From the NCBI RefSeq assembly GCF_009914755.1, contig NC_060937.1: a DNA stretch of 64,000 nt. The stretch is one strand, 5' to 3'. The notes below the pieces were generated by a model that was given only the letters and a program-made list of their open reading frames with translations, searched no databases and had not been told where the DNA came from. The position numbers and the translations under genes are program-made. Shown one piece after another: positions 1-12,700 of this stretch (its first letter is position 1; every line of letters begins with the position of its first letter). The DNA comes from the human T2T-CHM13v2.0 reference genome, Homo sapiens.

Positions 1-1345
1 GCAGTTTTAAAATGTGCTTACTATTTCTTTAGGCACTTACTCTCCTGTGAGGCAGAGGAATGAATGTTTACTCTGAAAATTTAATCTTTGTTGAGTAGTT
101 TGTTCTCATACTTTCTTACATCTGGCCATACGGCTATGATCCTGAAATAGGATTTCATCTCACCATGTATGGTATGTAAGAGTATGCACCATTATTTGAG
201 ATTATTTATAAAAATCTAAACAGCATTATATTTTCAGTTACAGAAAGCTTGGTAATTTTAGATAAATAATATGAATTATTCTACCTGTATAATAAACTTA
301 TACCCAAAATAAAATCCTACTTTTTGTAATAGCACTATAACTTTTATGCAAAAGTATGAACTCAAAATACATAAAACCAAATTTGTGCTATTTTATTTGG
401 TGCATGTTACTCTGCTCCATACATTTCTCAGTTTGGCTCTGTTGCAAAATGCGTAGAAAATATAAAATTTAGAAAAAGCCAATGTGCCATCTCTGTGTTA
501 CTTCAATCTCTGCAATGCTCATATCTGGCTGACATAAATGAAATGGCATCTGTTTCTTCAGTGCATTTGATAAATAGGTTTGGAGTAATTTCCTGATGGA
601 TATTTTGGTTGGTAAATTTCCAGTTGTTGCAAGAGCGATGATGACTCTGACACTCTTCTTTAGAGGTAATTAAACTTTCAGCCCATCTGTGCAGTAACTT
701 TCATAATATTTTCAAAGGGCACAGAATGCTTTTAGTGTTTGTACTACTTCGTTTTTGCTTGCTAAGGGACCTATTATCTAGCTGAACATTGTTGAAACAA
801 GTTTTTCAAAAAATGGTTAGTAAAAGAGGACATTAAAAATGTCACACTAGCAAGAGTGTAATGTAGCTAATGCTGAATTTAAAAACAAACTGAAGGATAC
901 CTTGTTTACCAAAACTACACTTCACATTTTTGTGTTAGGCATTTTATCTTTGACTCTATATGCTATTCACTCCTGACGTGAAATGATGAGGCCCGGATAT
1001 GATCTTTCTTGTTCTGGAGATATTATTTTCTTCATTTTGAGAAGGTTTTAGCTTTTGTGTGTTGCATTAACAGAAAATCATATTAAAATATGTAAACAAT
1101 GAGTTAGACACAGAAGAAAATATTTTTATAAGATTGGATTATCAATTGCTTAAAATAGCATACAACACTAATGGTCATTGTCTCCAGAAGCTAAATTTCA
1201 ATGTATTCATTAAGTATCTAATGGCATCTAGATAGAAATAAGGTTTTAGAGAGTATAAGAACTTTTATATTTTGAAATGTTGTCTTACTTCTTCATTTTT
1301 TCTTATTGTATGTGTTTATTGTATGTAGCTTCAGCATGAAGAAAA

Positions 1346-1662
1346 GGCCAGTGCAGTGGCTCAGGCCTGTAATCCTAGCATTTTGGGAGGCGAGCTGAGC
1401 AGAATGCTTGAGCTCAGGATTTCAAGACTGGCCTGGGCAACATGGTGAACCCCATCTCTACAAAGAATACAAAAATTAGCCAGGCATGGTGGTGCATGCC
1501 TTTGGTCCCAGCTGTTGGGTGGGACTGTGGAATTGGGGGGCGCTGAGGTGGGAGGATCACTTGAGGCCAGGAGGTCCAGGCTTCAGTGAGCCCTGATAGT
1601 GCCACTGCACTCCCACTTGGGTAACACAGTGAGAACCTGTCTCAGAAAAAAGAAGAAAAAAA
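1346..1662 (+). mobile_element. AluJ SINE, full dimer
   Basis: Starts GGCCAGTGCAGTGGCTCAGGCCTGTAATCC, has the TACAAAAATTAGCC linker and J-type GCTTGAGCTCAGG / GGAGGATCACTTGAG motifs, and ends in an A-rich tail. G-rich insert at ~1514-1541. Confidence 0.95.
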
Positions 1663-1852
1663 TTGAAAATTAAAATCTTCTCTAACTCTATGTAATTAAT
1701 TATCATCAGTTTAGTTGTGTAAGAGCTAAAAAGCCTACAGACACAAATTAAAATTACCCTATGCATTTTCTTTTGCTATCTGGTCTTTTATTTTATTATA
1801 AACATTAAATTTTTTTGACATAACTTACTCAAATTTTTAAAATTAATATTCA

Positions 1853-2260
1853 TAATTTTTATTTGTAATTGACACATTATATGGGGTGCAGTGTGATGTT
1901 TCAATGCATGCATACATTAGATAATGATCAAATTGGTGTAATTACCATATCCATCACTTTAAATATTTACCATTTCCCTATGACGACAACATTCCAAATC
2001 TCCTCTTCTAGCTATCTTGAAATGTACATTACATTGTTATTTGCTATAGTCACCCTGCTATGTAATAGAACACCAAAACTTACATTTTCTGTCTAACTAT
2101 GACTTTGTAACCATTGACCAATCTTTCCTGGTCCCCCCAACCATTTTATGCCTGACCTCTGGTAACCACTATTCTAACCTCTACTTCCATGAAATTAACA
2201 TTTTTAGGTTCCAAAGATGGATAAAATCATTCAGTGTTCTCTTTACATGCTTGTTTTATC
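1853..2260 (-). mobile_element. L1MA-class 3' UTR fragment
   Basis: Matches the reverse of the L1MA 3' end (GATCAAATTGGTGTAATTACCATATCCATCAC...GCTATAGTCACCCTGCTATGTAATAGAACACC...CTCTGGTAACCACTATTCT). Confidence 0.85.
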
Positions 2261-3054
2261 AAAAAAAAATTTTTAAATTAGTAACATGTCTTTTGATGTT
2301 TGCATACACTTCTATCAATTGGGTAGAACTTATGATTTAACCAATCTCTTTTTATTGGTAATAGGATGTCTATCTTAGGTGGTTTGTTCATTTATATGTT
2401 CTCTTTTTTAGGATGTTTATACATTTTTTGTTTTTTTGTAAGAATTTGATAAAATAAGCAGCAATCCTTTTATGTGTGATGCATATATTTAATTCCAAAT
2501 TATTTGCTTTTTAATATCATCTATGATGATTTGGGATATACTGTAGTTTATATAGGCAAATCTTTCCATCTTGATTCTTCATTACTTTATATAATTCATG
2601 TATGGAAATGTCCTTTTCATATATACAATAAAATTCATCCATAATTTCTTCTGTTATTAATACATTTCTATTTAACCAAAAAGTACTTAATTTATCTGGA
2701 ATTTATTTCTGTGCAGAGAATGAATCATCATTGATTCTTTTTTTTCCAAAAGTATCATAATAATCTAAATGCCATTTATATTAATCTTTTCTCTGCTTCT
2801 AGTTTTCCACTTTCTGTGGTTATTAGTGATTTCAACCTTTATCATTGTTCTGGAGTCATTTTTAATGATTTATAAATTCATTAGCATCAAAACAGAGCTT
2901 CTAAAACTTTCAAAAATACATGATTGAAGTTTTATAATTGAAAACTAAATTACTTTTGATGAAAGAAGAACACAGGGAATTCAAAATCTAACAAAAAAGT
3001 TTTAAATAAATAAGTTTAAATTACAAGTGATTGGGATCAAAACCAGTGAATTCA

Positions 3055-3300
3055 GTATATATTAAGCTATGTTCAAGTGCTGCTGAGTACACAGGTCTCA
3101 AACAAGAAGAAAATATGGTCCTTTCTCTTAAGACACTTCCAAAGAGATAATGCCATTTTAGAAAGATTGTGATCGGATTGATGCATGTATAGTGTGATGT
3201 GCAAGCATTATCCTTCAACTCAACTTGGCTTTCAAAACAGGCTTCCTGGAGGTGACATGTTTGTCATGAGTGATGATGAGTGAATAAGTATTGCAGGAAA
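3055..3300 (-). mobile_element. L2 fragment (diverged)
   Basis: L2-like motif AGGCTTCCTGGAGGTGACAT and a 3'-end-like stretch; boundaries approximate. Confidence 0.45.
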
Positions 3301-3565
3301 AATAAACAAATAAAGGTGTGGCTGACTATAAACAATGCCATAAAATGAGTAACATAAAGTTTAAGGAAAACGGAAATTGCAATATTGTCAACTGTATGAG
3401 TTCAGCTACTCTTATTTGGTCATCTGGTAAATAGGAGAAAGAAAAGCGTAATTGTTCCCCAAATATCTATCGAGTCATGAATACTCTTGAGTGAAATAAT
3501 AATTGGGAAGAGAAAAAGAGAATAGGAATGAGAATGTAAGTGCTTGACTGATAACTATTCTCATT

Positions 3566-3619
3566 TTTTATAGTCAATATTTAGCCTAATTTTATAGTCA
3601 ATATTTAGCATAATTTTAT
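3566..3619 (+). repeat. 24-bp tandem duplication
   Basis: TTTTATAGTCAATATTTAGCCTAA followed by TTTTATAGTCAATATTTAGCATAA (1 mismatch), then TTTTAT. Confidence 0.9.
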
Positions 3620-6171
3620 TATGGAGATCATAATAAAGTTATAAAATCCAATGTTTTATTGACTTATTCAAAGGTTAAGTTTGACCCCAAACTGTGTTTT
3701 TTCCAAGTATATACAAGCATTGAGATTCCTAGAATTGACTCTTAATAACAAGGTCAACTCTCTTGGCAATAAAATTTTTAGCCACACAATATTAGTTAAC
3801 GCAGAGTTGATCAGCATAAGCTGAATAATCTTTTATTCTAGCTCTCCCTTCAATATTAGTGAAACTTATTGAGCTTTGCAGAGAACTAGCCGTGTAGCAT
3901 CACACATGCATAGAGAAAGACCACCAATTGCTTTTTAAAACTAGGTGTTTGCAGCAAATAGAGTATCACTTGATTATAAAAATACTCCTAATTTACCTTT
4001 AAATTAAAAAGCAAGAAAAAGTCACAAGGATGAGGTAGCTTTGTTAGTAATAGCCATTCCACATATAATACTATACTAGACTTGAGGAAACTGAAATCAA
4101 AAATTATTCCTGAACTCATACAACTGACAATGTTTCTTTATTGTAAAAATGGGATAAAGACGGATACGGCTTTTGCCAATGTTGACTTTGTTAACAGACA
4201 CACACAATGAGTTTTAAATTATGTCTCTCCATAATATGTAATTTATTATACTTTTAATGTTTACTTTGGAAAAATCAATGAGTACTGATATTGTCATAAT
4301 TAACAATATTAAATGTATGTGTGTACATGTAGTTTACTTCTTTTAATAGTTAAATTACTTTTAAAACCAAATTACATGAATCTTTTTAGGTTCATGTATC
4401 ATTCTCTTTTCAGAATCATTTCTGTTTTTCTTTTTAAAATAGCAGCTACCAAGAGATGCCACTATATTTCATGATTTCATGATTTTAATTGTTTTGGAAA
4501 GAAGTAATATATATATATATCTTGCCCAATGAAAATAAACTGTTGCCCCTTTACTGTAGAAAGGGTTTATTCCCTATTCTTTCCTCCACCTTTCAAATTC
4601 TTTGTGAAGAACATGTGTGCTGATCGTCAAGCACTCTATAAGATTCAAATGTTCCGCAATATTTTTTCTCTAAATCTACATTTTACACCAACTATTCAAT
4701 TTATTTTATTTTCTCCCTTCATGAGATAAGAAATGAATAGTGAGTGACATGCCTTGAATCTGACTATAAATTTTAGCGAAAACAAGATGTTATGTTTTGA
4801 GGGATTGTGCTGCAAGACCTGGCTTGAAGTAGTGTAAACTGCTCCAGACCCTCATTTAGAAGAGCTTTCACAGGCTTTTCTAATAATGTGTATATACTGG
4901 TTTCTTGTTTTCTGGTGAGTAAAGGAAAAAATAAGATATGTCTCACTGTTCTTTTGAGAAATAATAACAAAAAAATACAACTGACCCCCTCTCTCAACAA
5001 GTTTCAAATAATTAGGCACAAAATTTAGTGATAGGCAGAATGAGCAATCTCTTTGTAGGTAAGAATCCTATGTTATAGAAAATTAACATGAATCTAGGCT
5101 GCTCTTTAAGGATTTTCTGCTTTATTTTCTGAACTGTCTTCAGCAGTGGAAAAGGCAAACTATATTTGGCAAGAATCTCACTTTTGAATGGTTACAAATA
5201 TGAACACAATTTACTTTAATTACCTTAACATGTTTCAAGTATTAAATGTGATTCATTATTTGCATCAATTTTCTACCACTTACTATTTTTTTGTACCTTA
5301 TTGACTAAATTTTGCTTAACACATTTAGCCAAGTTGACAGAAAAGAAGTTCCCAGCAGTGCCTTACTTCATTGAAGGAAAGCCACTTTATTTTTCCCACA
5401 GAGATCGCACTAGAGGTTTAGCATTTACATTTCTCAGGAACTTTAATATTCTCAGCAGGGTGAAAATAATTGTTTCAGGTATTTATTGCTGTAATAAATC
5501 AATACTGGCCCCAAATAGCTGAACATGTAGAGAAGTTATGCCAAAACAACACCATCCCGTGTCTTAGAACAACCATTAATCTACACTTGTTCTTTTCTCT
5601 TCTCAAACAAGTGAAAAAACTAGGTTTAGTCACAGTTTTATAAATTGACTGAAATTGCTTTTGTTTTTATGCAAATATAAAAAATGTACACATTTTAACT
5701 GTAGATATGTACGTTTTTCAATGAAATATATCAGATTGTTAATTAAAAATAAATTATGTAATATAGTAGTTAATTACAATTACTATAGAATTGTCACAGT
5801 GGATCATATCTGAGAGCTAAATTGTTTTCCAATAACCAAGCAACTTGACAAAAATCAAAATCTTTGATGGATATTCAGCTACTGAAAGAAGTACACCAAT
5901 TGGTAAGATGGTTGATTATGTGGTTAACAGAATTACATTCTTACTTATATTAATTAAAATCTACATGGTTCGTTACTATTACTTCACCTCTGTGCTGGTT
6001 ATACCTTCGATGAGCACACTGTTTGAGCTACTCCATGTTCCAAGACACAACCCTTACTGAGAGACACAGGAAGAAGGTGAGGAGGGGTTCAAGGGACTCT
6101 TTGCCTTTGCCAGTATGAAAACTCATGCTATAGTATGAGGCAAAGTTAAAAACAAGGCAGTAAAGGGATCA

Positions 6172-6589
<418 letters not shown>

Positions 6590-6972
6590 AGAAAGCAAGT
6601 CCAAGAAAATCTGGATCAAAGGTAGAAAGCAAGTTCTCAAACAAATGCCCACAGAATTGAACACACATTTTTGACTTATTTTTATTAGATAGTCAGGTAA
6701 CAATAAAAAATGAGTTAGCCTAGTTCAAAGAAATTGTTAGAGTGAACTCACCTGAACTTTCTCCTGTTTGACTGATCTCTGGTTATTATAAAAATATCCC
6801 ATGTGACATGTGCTAATATATCATGCTGTACAGAAAATGAAGTATCTAGAACTAGATAAAATATTCCAAAAATGACTTGATCCGTCTATAGTCCAGTAGG
6901 ATTAAACACATTTCTTTGTATTAATAAGAGCTAACACATTCCCTAGGCATGGTTCCATGAGCCTTCCATCTA

Positions 6973-7274
6973 CAGAACCATTTTCTGTCATTCTCTAATC
7001 CATAAAACTTTAAAAACTGAAAGCGTTTCTTTAATGTTTGATGCAAACTTGTTTGCTGCAAAACCTGATTTGAATCATAAGTTGGAAATTCATAGACTTT
7101 ATTTATCCCACTTTATATGAATATAGTCAGCTCTCACTATGAAAATATCAAGGTGCCTTGTAACCCATTGGGAATTCTTCAGTGTAAATAGCATTTCACC
7201 TTTCTAAAACTGGAAAACTTTTAAATCTAAAACAGCTTTGGGCCTTAGGGTTTCAGAAAAGTGATTTGAATCTG
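6973..7274 (-). mobile_element. MER46C (TcMar-Tigger) DNA transposon
   Basis: TA|CAG...CTG|TA ends; internal TTTATTTATCCCACTT, GCAAAACCTGA and CCTTAGGGTTTCAGA match the recalled MER46C consensus in reverse. Confidence 0.75.
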
Positions 7275-7318
7275 TACTCACGCATTTAACTATCAAAATG
7301 AACACATGAGTTGTGTGC

Positions 7319-7707
7319 TCTATTAGTCTGTTCTCACACTGCCAAGAAGAAATATCCGAGACTGGGTAATTTATAAAGGAAAGAGGTTTAATTGACTCAC
7401 AGTTCCACATGGCCGGGGAGCCCTCAGGATACCTATAAGCACGGCAGAAGGGGAATCAAACATGTCCTTCCTCACATGGCCACAGCAAGGAGAAGTGCAG
7501 AGCAAACGGGAGAGGGTGGGAAGCCCTTTATGAAAAAGAAAAAAAACAAATCAGATCTTGTGAGAACTCAGCATCAGGAGAACAGCATGGAGATAACCAC
7601 CACCATGATTCAATTACCTCCCATTGGGTTCCTCTCACAACACGTGGGGATTATGGGAACCACAATTTAAGAAGAGATTTGGGTGGGGACACAGCCAAAC
7701 CATATCA
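7319..7707 (-). mobile_element. THE1C/THE1D solo LTR (ERVL-MaLR)
   Basis: TATTAGTCTGTTCTCAC...GAGACTGGGTAATTTATAAAGGAAAGAGGTTTAATTGACTCACAG...GGGGACACAGCCAAACCATATCA. Confidence 0.92.
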
Positions 7708-8099
7708 CATACCGTGAGTGAGTTACATGTATATTGTGTGAGTTTCCCAAGGTCAACAAGCTAATTAACGAAGGAGCCAGGGTTTGAAACATTGCAATCT
7801 GGTTTAATAGTTCATTTTCCCACTTCTGATATTTTATTAATTACCTAAAATGACACCATATAAGGGCCTCAATAGCTGAGTGTGATACATTCTATCATTA
7901 AACATTATCTAGTGTCTTTTTTTCTTGACTACTGAAGTTCTTCATCTATCCTGTAAAATCCACATTTCTAATTTTCTTTGATTTTGTCCAACCATTTCTA
8001 TTTCTTTAAGCTTTACTGAACATCTTAGGAAAAATATTTAAATATTTTACTAAAGAGTTCCAATACTTTTTGTTTGTTTGTTTCAATTACCAAAGGTGA

Positions 8100-8364
8100 T
8101 TTTTTTTATTATTGTTACACTTTAAGTTCTGGGGTACATGTGCAGAACGTGCAGGTTTGTTACAGAGGTATACACGTGCCATGGTGGTTTGCTGCACCCA
8201 TCAACCCGTCATCTACATTAGGTATTTCTCCTATGCTATCCCTCCACTAGCCCCCAACCCCCTGACAGACCCCAGTGTGTGATGTTCCCCTCCCTGTGTC
8301 CATGTGTTCTCATTGTTCAACTCTCACTTATGAGTGAGGACATGCAGTGTTTGGTTTTCTGTCC
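8100..8364 (-). mobile_element. L1PA7/8-like 5'-truncated 3' end
   Basis: Poly-T, then TTTAAGTTCTGGGGTACATGTGCAGAACGTGCAGGTTTGTTAC...CACCCATCAACCCGTCATCTACATTAGG. Confidence 0.93.
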
Positions 8365-9089
8365 TATTCTGGAGGTAGTAAGTATGGAAGACAGATAAAA
8401 GCAAGGCATTCTTGATTTTTTTATTCGTGGTTGGTATGTTTTCTGCAAAATATTTTAATCAGACGTGGGAGAAAAATAAAAATAAGATGTTGGAAAATCT
8501 CTCTCTCTTTAGCAAAAAGAAGTAGAAAAATATCACCTATTCATCTTTATTTTTTTATTTTGTCTCAACTTTAAAATTTTTCAATTCTCTCTTACTGGAG
8601 ATAAACTCTTGACAGCAATGGCATTGTAAAGTTTGAAACAATTTTATGTTGGCAGCCTCATTTAAAGACATATATGATTGACAAATATACATGAATATAT
8701 TCATATATATTATTTTAGTGCTGCCACAAACTTAAATATCATGGTGTAAATAGCAGCAAAATAATTACTTAGTAAGCACTTCATCTTTTTCAGAGCTAAA
8801 TTTAAAGTATATAACTCTCTATGGAATACAACTCAATTATGCATTGGTTTTACATGTATTCCATTAACTATTCTATTTTTTTCTGTCAAGTTATTAAGTT
8901 TCTTTTTCAGAATAACTTCAGGCTAGAAATACACTTTTGTCTATTGCCTTTAGTAGATAATTTATATTCTTGTGATTTGTTACATTTGCATATTGTACAT
9001 TTATAGCTACACTTACACACTAAAAAAAAAGATTAGATTGCTTGAGAAGTTAACAAGCTTATGAAACTAGTGCATTGATTAAGAAATTT

Positions 9090-9212
9090 ATTCCCTTATT
9101 CAATAATTATTTATTAATTTTTCTACCATGTGCTGAGTACTCCATCAGCCCTAGGAATATACTAAGAAATTAGAGCCAAATGGTCTCTGGGGGTCATGAA
9201 GCTTATGGTCAT
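9090..9212 (-). mobile_element. L2 3' end fragment
   Basis: ATTCAATAATTATTTATTAA...CTACCATGTGCTGAG...CATGAAGCTTATGGTC resembles the reverse L2 tail. Confidence 0.55.
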
Positions 9213-9529
9213 TTTCCTATTTTATAAAAAGCACAGGAATAATACAGAACCCCTTTACATTTTTTGTCTTCCTAAAATAAATTTCTAATGTTTAAATCTT
9301 AGAGGCCTATGTTAATACTGGCTTGCTAGAAGAATATCTATTCTTTCAAAAAGGAAACTGAGTAACTGAAATTAACATTTACTATTGAAATATTGCTGGA
9401 AATTGATAGCAAAAGTTTTTCTCCAAGAAGTCAATATTTTAACAAAATGGGATATGTAGGCATTTATATCTTATGGGAAGAAGCTAAAGGAAGCTCATGT
9501 GACAGTCATGCTTTTTAAAAATGTTGTGA

Positions 9530-9703
9530 ATACTTGCTGTATGTATTTTGAAGTGATGTAATTGGATAAATATATGTTTTAAATTATTATATTTTTCTGA
9601 GGAATTAATCACTTTATCATTATGAAACCTCCCTCTTTGTCTCTAATAGTATATATATTTTTAAATTCTATTTTTATTTTTCTGACATTAATATGAACAC
9701 ACA
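9530..9703 (-). mobile_element. Ancient L1M ORF2-start fragment (left piece of the host element)
   Basis: TTTATCATTATGAAACCTCCCTCTTTGTCTCTAATAGT...TCTGACATTAATAT is L1M ORF2 5' sequence in reverse; it resumes at ~14200. Confidence 0.65.
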
Positions 9704-12700
9704 TTTTAATAACATATTTTATTTTAGATTCAGGGGTACATGTGCTTGTTTATTTTGTGGGTATTACACATGCAGTGGTGGGGGTTAGCCTTCTAGTGTA
9801 CCCATCACTCAAATAATAGACATTATATCCAGTGGGTAATTTTTCAACCCTCCCTCCTAGCCCTTTCCTCTTTGGAGTCTCCAGAGCCTATTTTCCCCAC
9901 TTTTATGTCCATGTGTGCCTTACATGGACATAAAACTCTCACTTCTTATAACTTCTTATTGTAAGAACATACAGCATTTCATTTTCTGCTTCTTTTAGTT
10001 CACTTAGGATAATGGCCTCCAGCTCCATCCATGTTGCTGCAAAGGAGAAGATGTCATTCTTTTTATGGCTATGTAGTATTCCATGGCGTATATATACCAC
10101 ATTTTCTTTATCCAATCAACTGTTGGTAGACACTTGGGCTGGTTCCATGACTTTGCTATTGTAAAGAGTGCTGCAATAAATATATGAGTGCAGATGTCTT
10201 TTTGATATAATAATTTATTTTCCTTTGGATAGATGATTAGTAGTGGGATTGATGGGTTGAATGGTAGTTCTATTTTTTATTCTTTGAAACAAATCCATAC
10301 TGTTTTTCATAGAGGTTAAACTAATTTACATCCTCATGAACAGTGTATGAATGTTCCCTATTCTCTGCATCTACATCAACATCTGTGGTTTTTTGACTTT
10401 TTAATAAAAGCAATTCTGACTGGTGTAAAATAGTATCTCAGTGAGGCTTTAATTTGCATTTCTCTGGTGATTAGTGATGTTCATTTCTTCATGTGTTTGG
10501 GCAGAAGCTTTTTAGTTTGATTACATCACATTTGTCTATTTTTATTTTTGTTGCAGTTGCTTTTGGAGTCTTTGTCATAAATTATTTGCTTAGGTCAATG
10601 TCCAGAAGAACTACCTAGGTTTTCTTCTAGGATTTTTATACTTTCAGGTCTTATGTTTAGATATTTAAACCATCTTGAGTTAGTTTTTATATAGGGTGAG
10701 AAGTAGGGTCCAGTGTCATTTTTTCTGTATATGACTAGTCATTTTTTCCAGCACCATTTATTGAATAGGGAATCCTTTCCTCATGGTTAATTTTTGTCAA
10801 CTTTATTGAAGATCAGTTTGTTTTAAGTATATGGCTCTATTTCTGGGTTCTCTATTCATTTTGTTGATCAATGTGTCTATTTTTATACCAGTGCCATGCT
10901 GTTTTAGTTACTGTACCCTTATGGTATAATTGGAAGTCAGGCAGTGTGATGGCCCTGGATTTGGATATTTTGGTCAGGAGTGCTGTGGCTACTTGAGCTT
11001 TTTGTTTTTGGTTCCAGATGAACTTTAGAATTTTTTTTCTAATTCTGTGAAAACTGACAGTACTTTGATAGGAATTGCATTGAATCTACATATTGCTTTG
11101 AGTAGTGTGACAATTTTAACAATATTGATTATTCCAATCCACAAGTATGGGATATTTCTCCATTTACTTGTGTCATCTACCATTGTTTTCATCAGTGTTT
11201 TGTAGTTCTCCTTGTAGAAGTAGTTCACCTCCTTGCTTAAATGTATTCCTAGGTATTTTATTTTTGTACTTGTGGCTACTTTAAATGGGATTGAGATCTT
11301 AATTTGGTTCTCAGCTTGAATGTTATTGTTATATAGAAATGCTACTAATTTTCAGACATTGATTTTGTATTAGACTTAAGTTGCTAATCTGGTCTAGGAG
11401 TCCTATAGAGCAATCTTTAGGATGTTGTAGGTATATTATCATGTAATCAGTGAACAGAGATAATTTGACGTCCTATTTTTCACTTTAGATGTCTTTTATT
11501 TTCTCTTGTCTGATAGCTCTGGCTAGGACTTCCAATCAGAAGAAAAGTGGAGAGAGTGGGTATCCTTGTCTTCTTCCAGTGTGTAGGGGAAATGCTTTCA
11601 ACTTTTACCCACTTAATATGATGTTGACTGTGGGTTTGTCATACATGGCTGTTATTATTTTGAAGTATGTTCCATCTTGCCTAGTTTGTTAAGAATTTTC
11701 TCATAGAGAGATGTTAGATTTTGTTGAATTCTTTTTCTGCATCTATTGAGGTTATCATATGGTTTTTGTTCTAAAATCAGTTTATATGGTGGCCCATGTT
11801 TATTCATTTGCATATGCTGAACCATCTTTAATCCCTAAAATATAGCCCACTTGATCATGACGAATTATCTTTTGATACGTTGTTGGATTCAATTTGCTAG
11901 CATTTATTGAGAATTTTTGCATTTATGCCCATAAAGAATATTGGCCTACAGTTTTGCTTTTGTTTTTGTTTTTTATTGTGTGCTTGCCTGATATTGGTAT
12001 CAGGATGATATTGGATTCATGGAATAAGTTAGGAAGGGATCCCTCCTCCTCAATTTTTTTGAATAATTTCAATAAGATTGGTATCAGCTCTTCTTTGCAT
12101 GTCTAGTAAAATTTGGCTGTGAATCTGTCTTTTCTTGGGCTTTTTGTTGTTGTTGTTGGGAGACTTTTTAACTATTAATTCAATTTCATTGCTTGTTGTT
12201 GATCTGTTCAGGGTTTTTTTTCTTCCTGGTTCAAACTTGGAAGATTGCATGTTTCTAAGAATTGATCCATTTCTCCTAGGCTTTCTTGTTTGTGTGAAAA
12301 GAGGTGTTCATAGTAGTCTCTGATAATCTTTTGAATTTTTTCTGGTATTTGTTGTAATGCCACTTTTATCATTTCTGATGGTACTTATTTGAATCTTCTC
12401 TATTTTTTTTCCTAGTTAGCCCAGCTCACAGTCTATCAATTTTGTTCATCCTCCTGAAGAAAAAGTTTTTGTTTCATTAATCCTTTGTAACATTTTTTTA
12501 TGTGTGTCAATCTCATTTAGTTCTGCTCTGATCTTTTTACAATTCTTTTCTTCTAATAACTTAAAGTTCGGTTTGTTCTTGTTTTTCTAGTTCTTTGAGG
12601 TACAAAACTAGGTTGTTAATTTGAGAACTTTCTATATTTTTGATGTAAGCATTTAATGTTATAAACTTCCCTATTAGCATTGTTTTGGCAGTATTCCAGA

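Larger units (their letters stand above)
6921..7815 (-). mobile_element. MIR SINE split by MER46C and a THE1 LTR
   Basis: MIR 3'-end-like TTAATAAGAGCTAACAC at 6921; MIR core TTCCCAAGGTCAACAAGCTAATTAACGAAGGAGCCAGGGTTTGAA at ~7744-7790. Confidence 0.6.
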
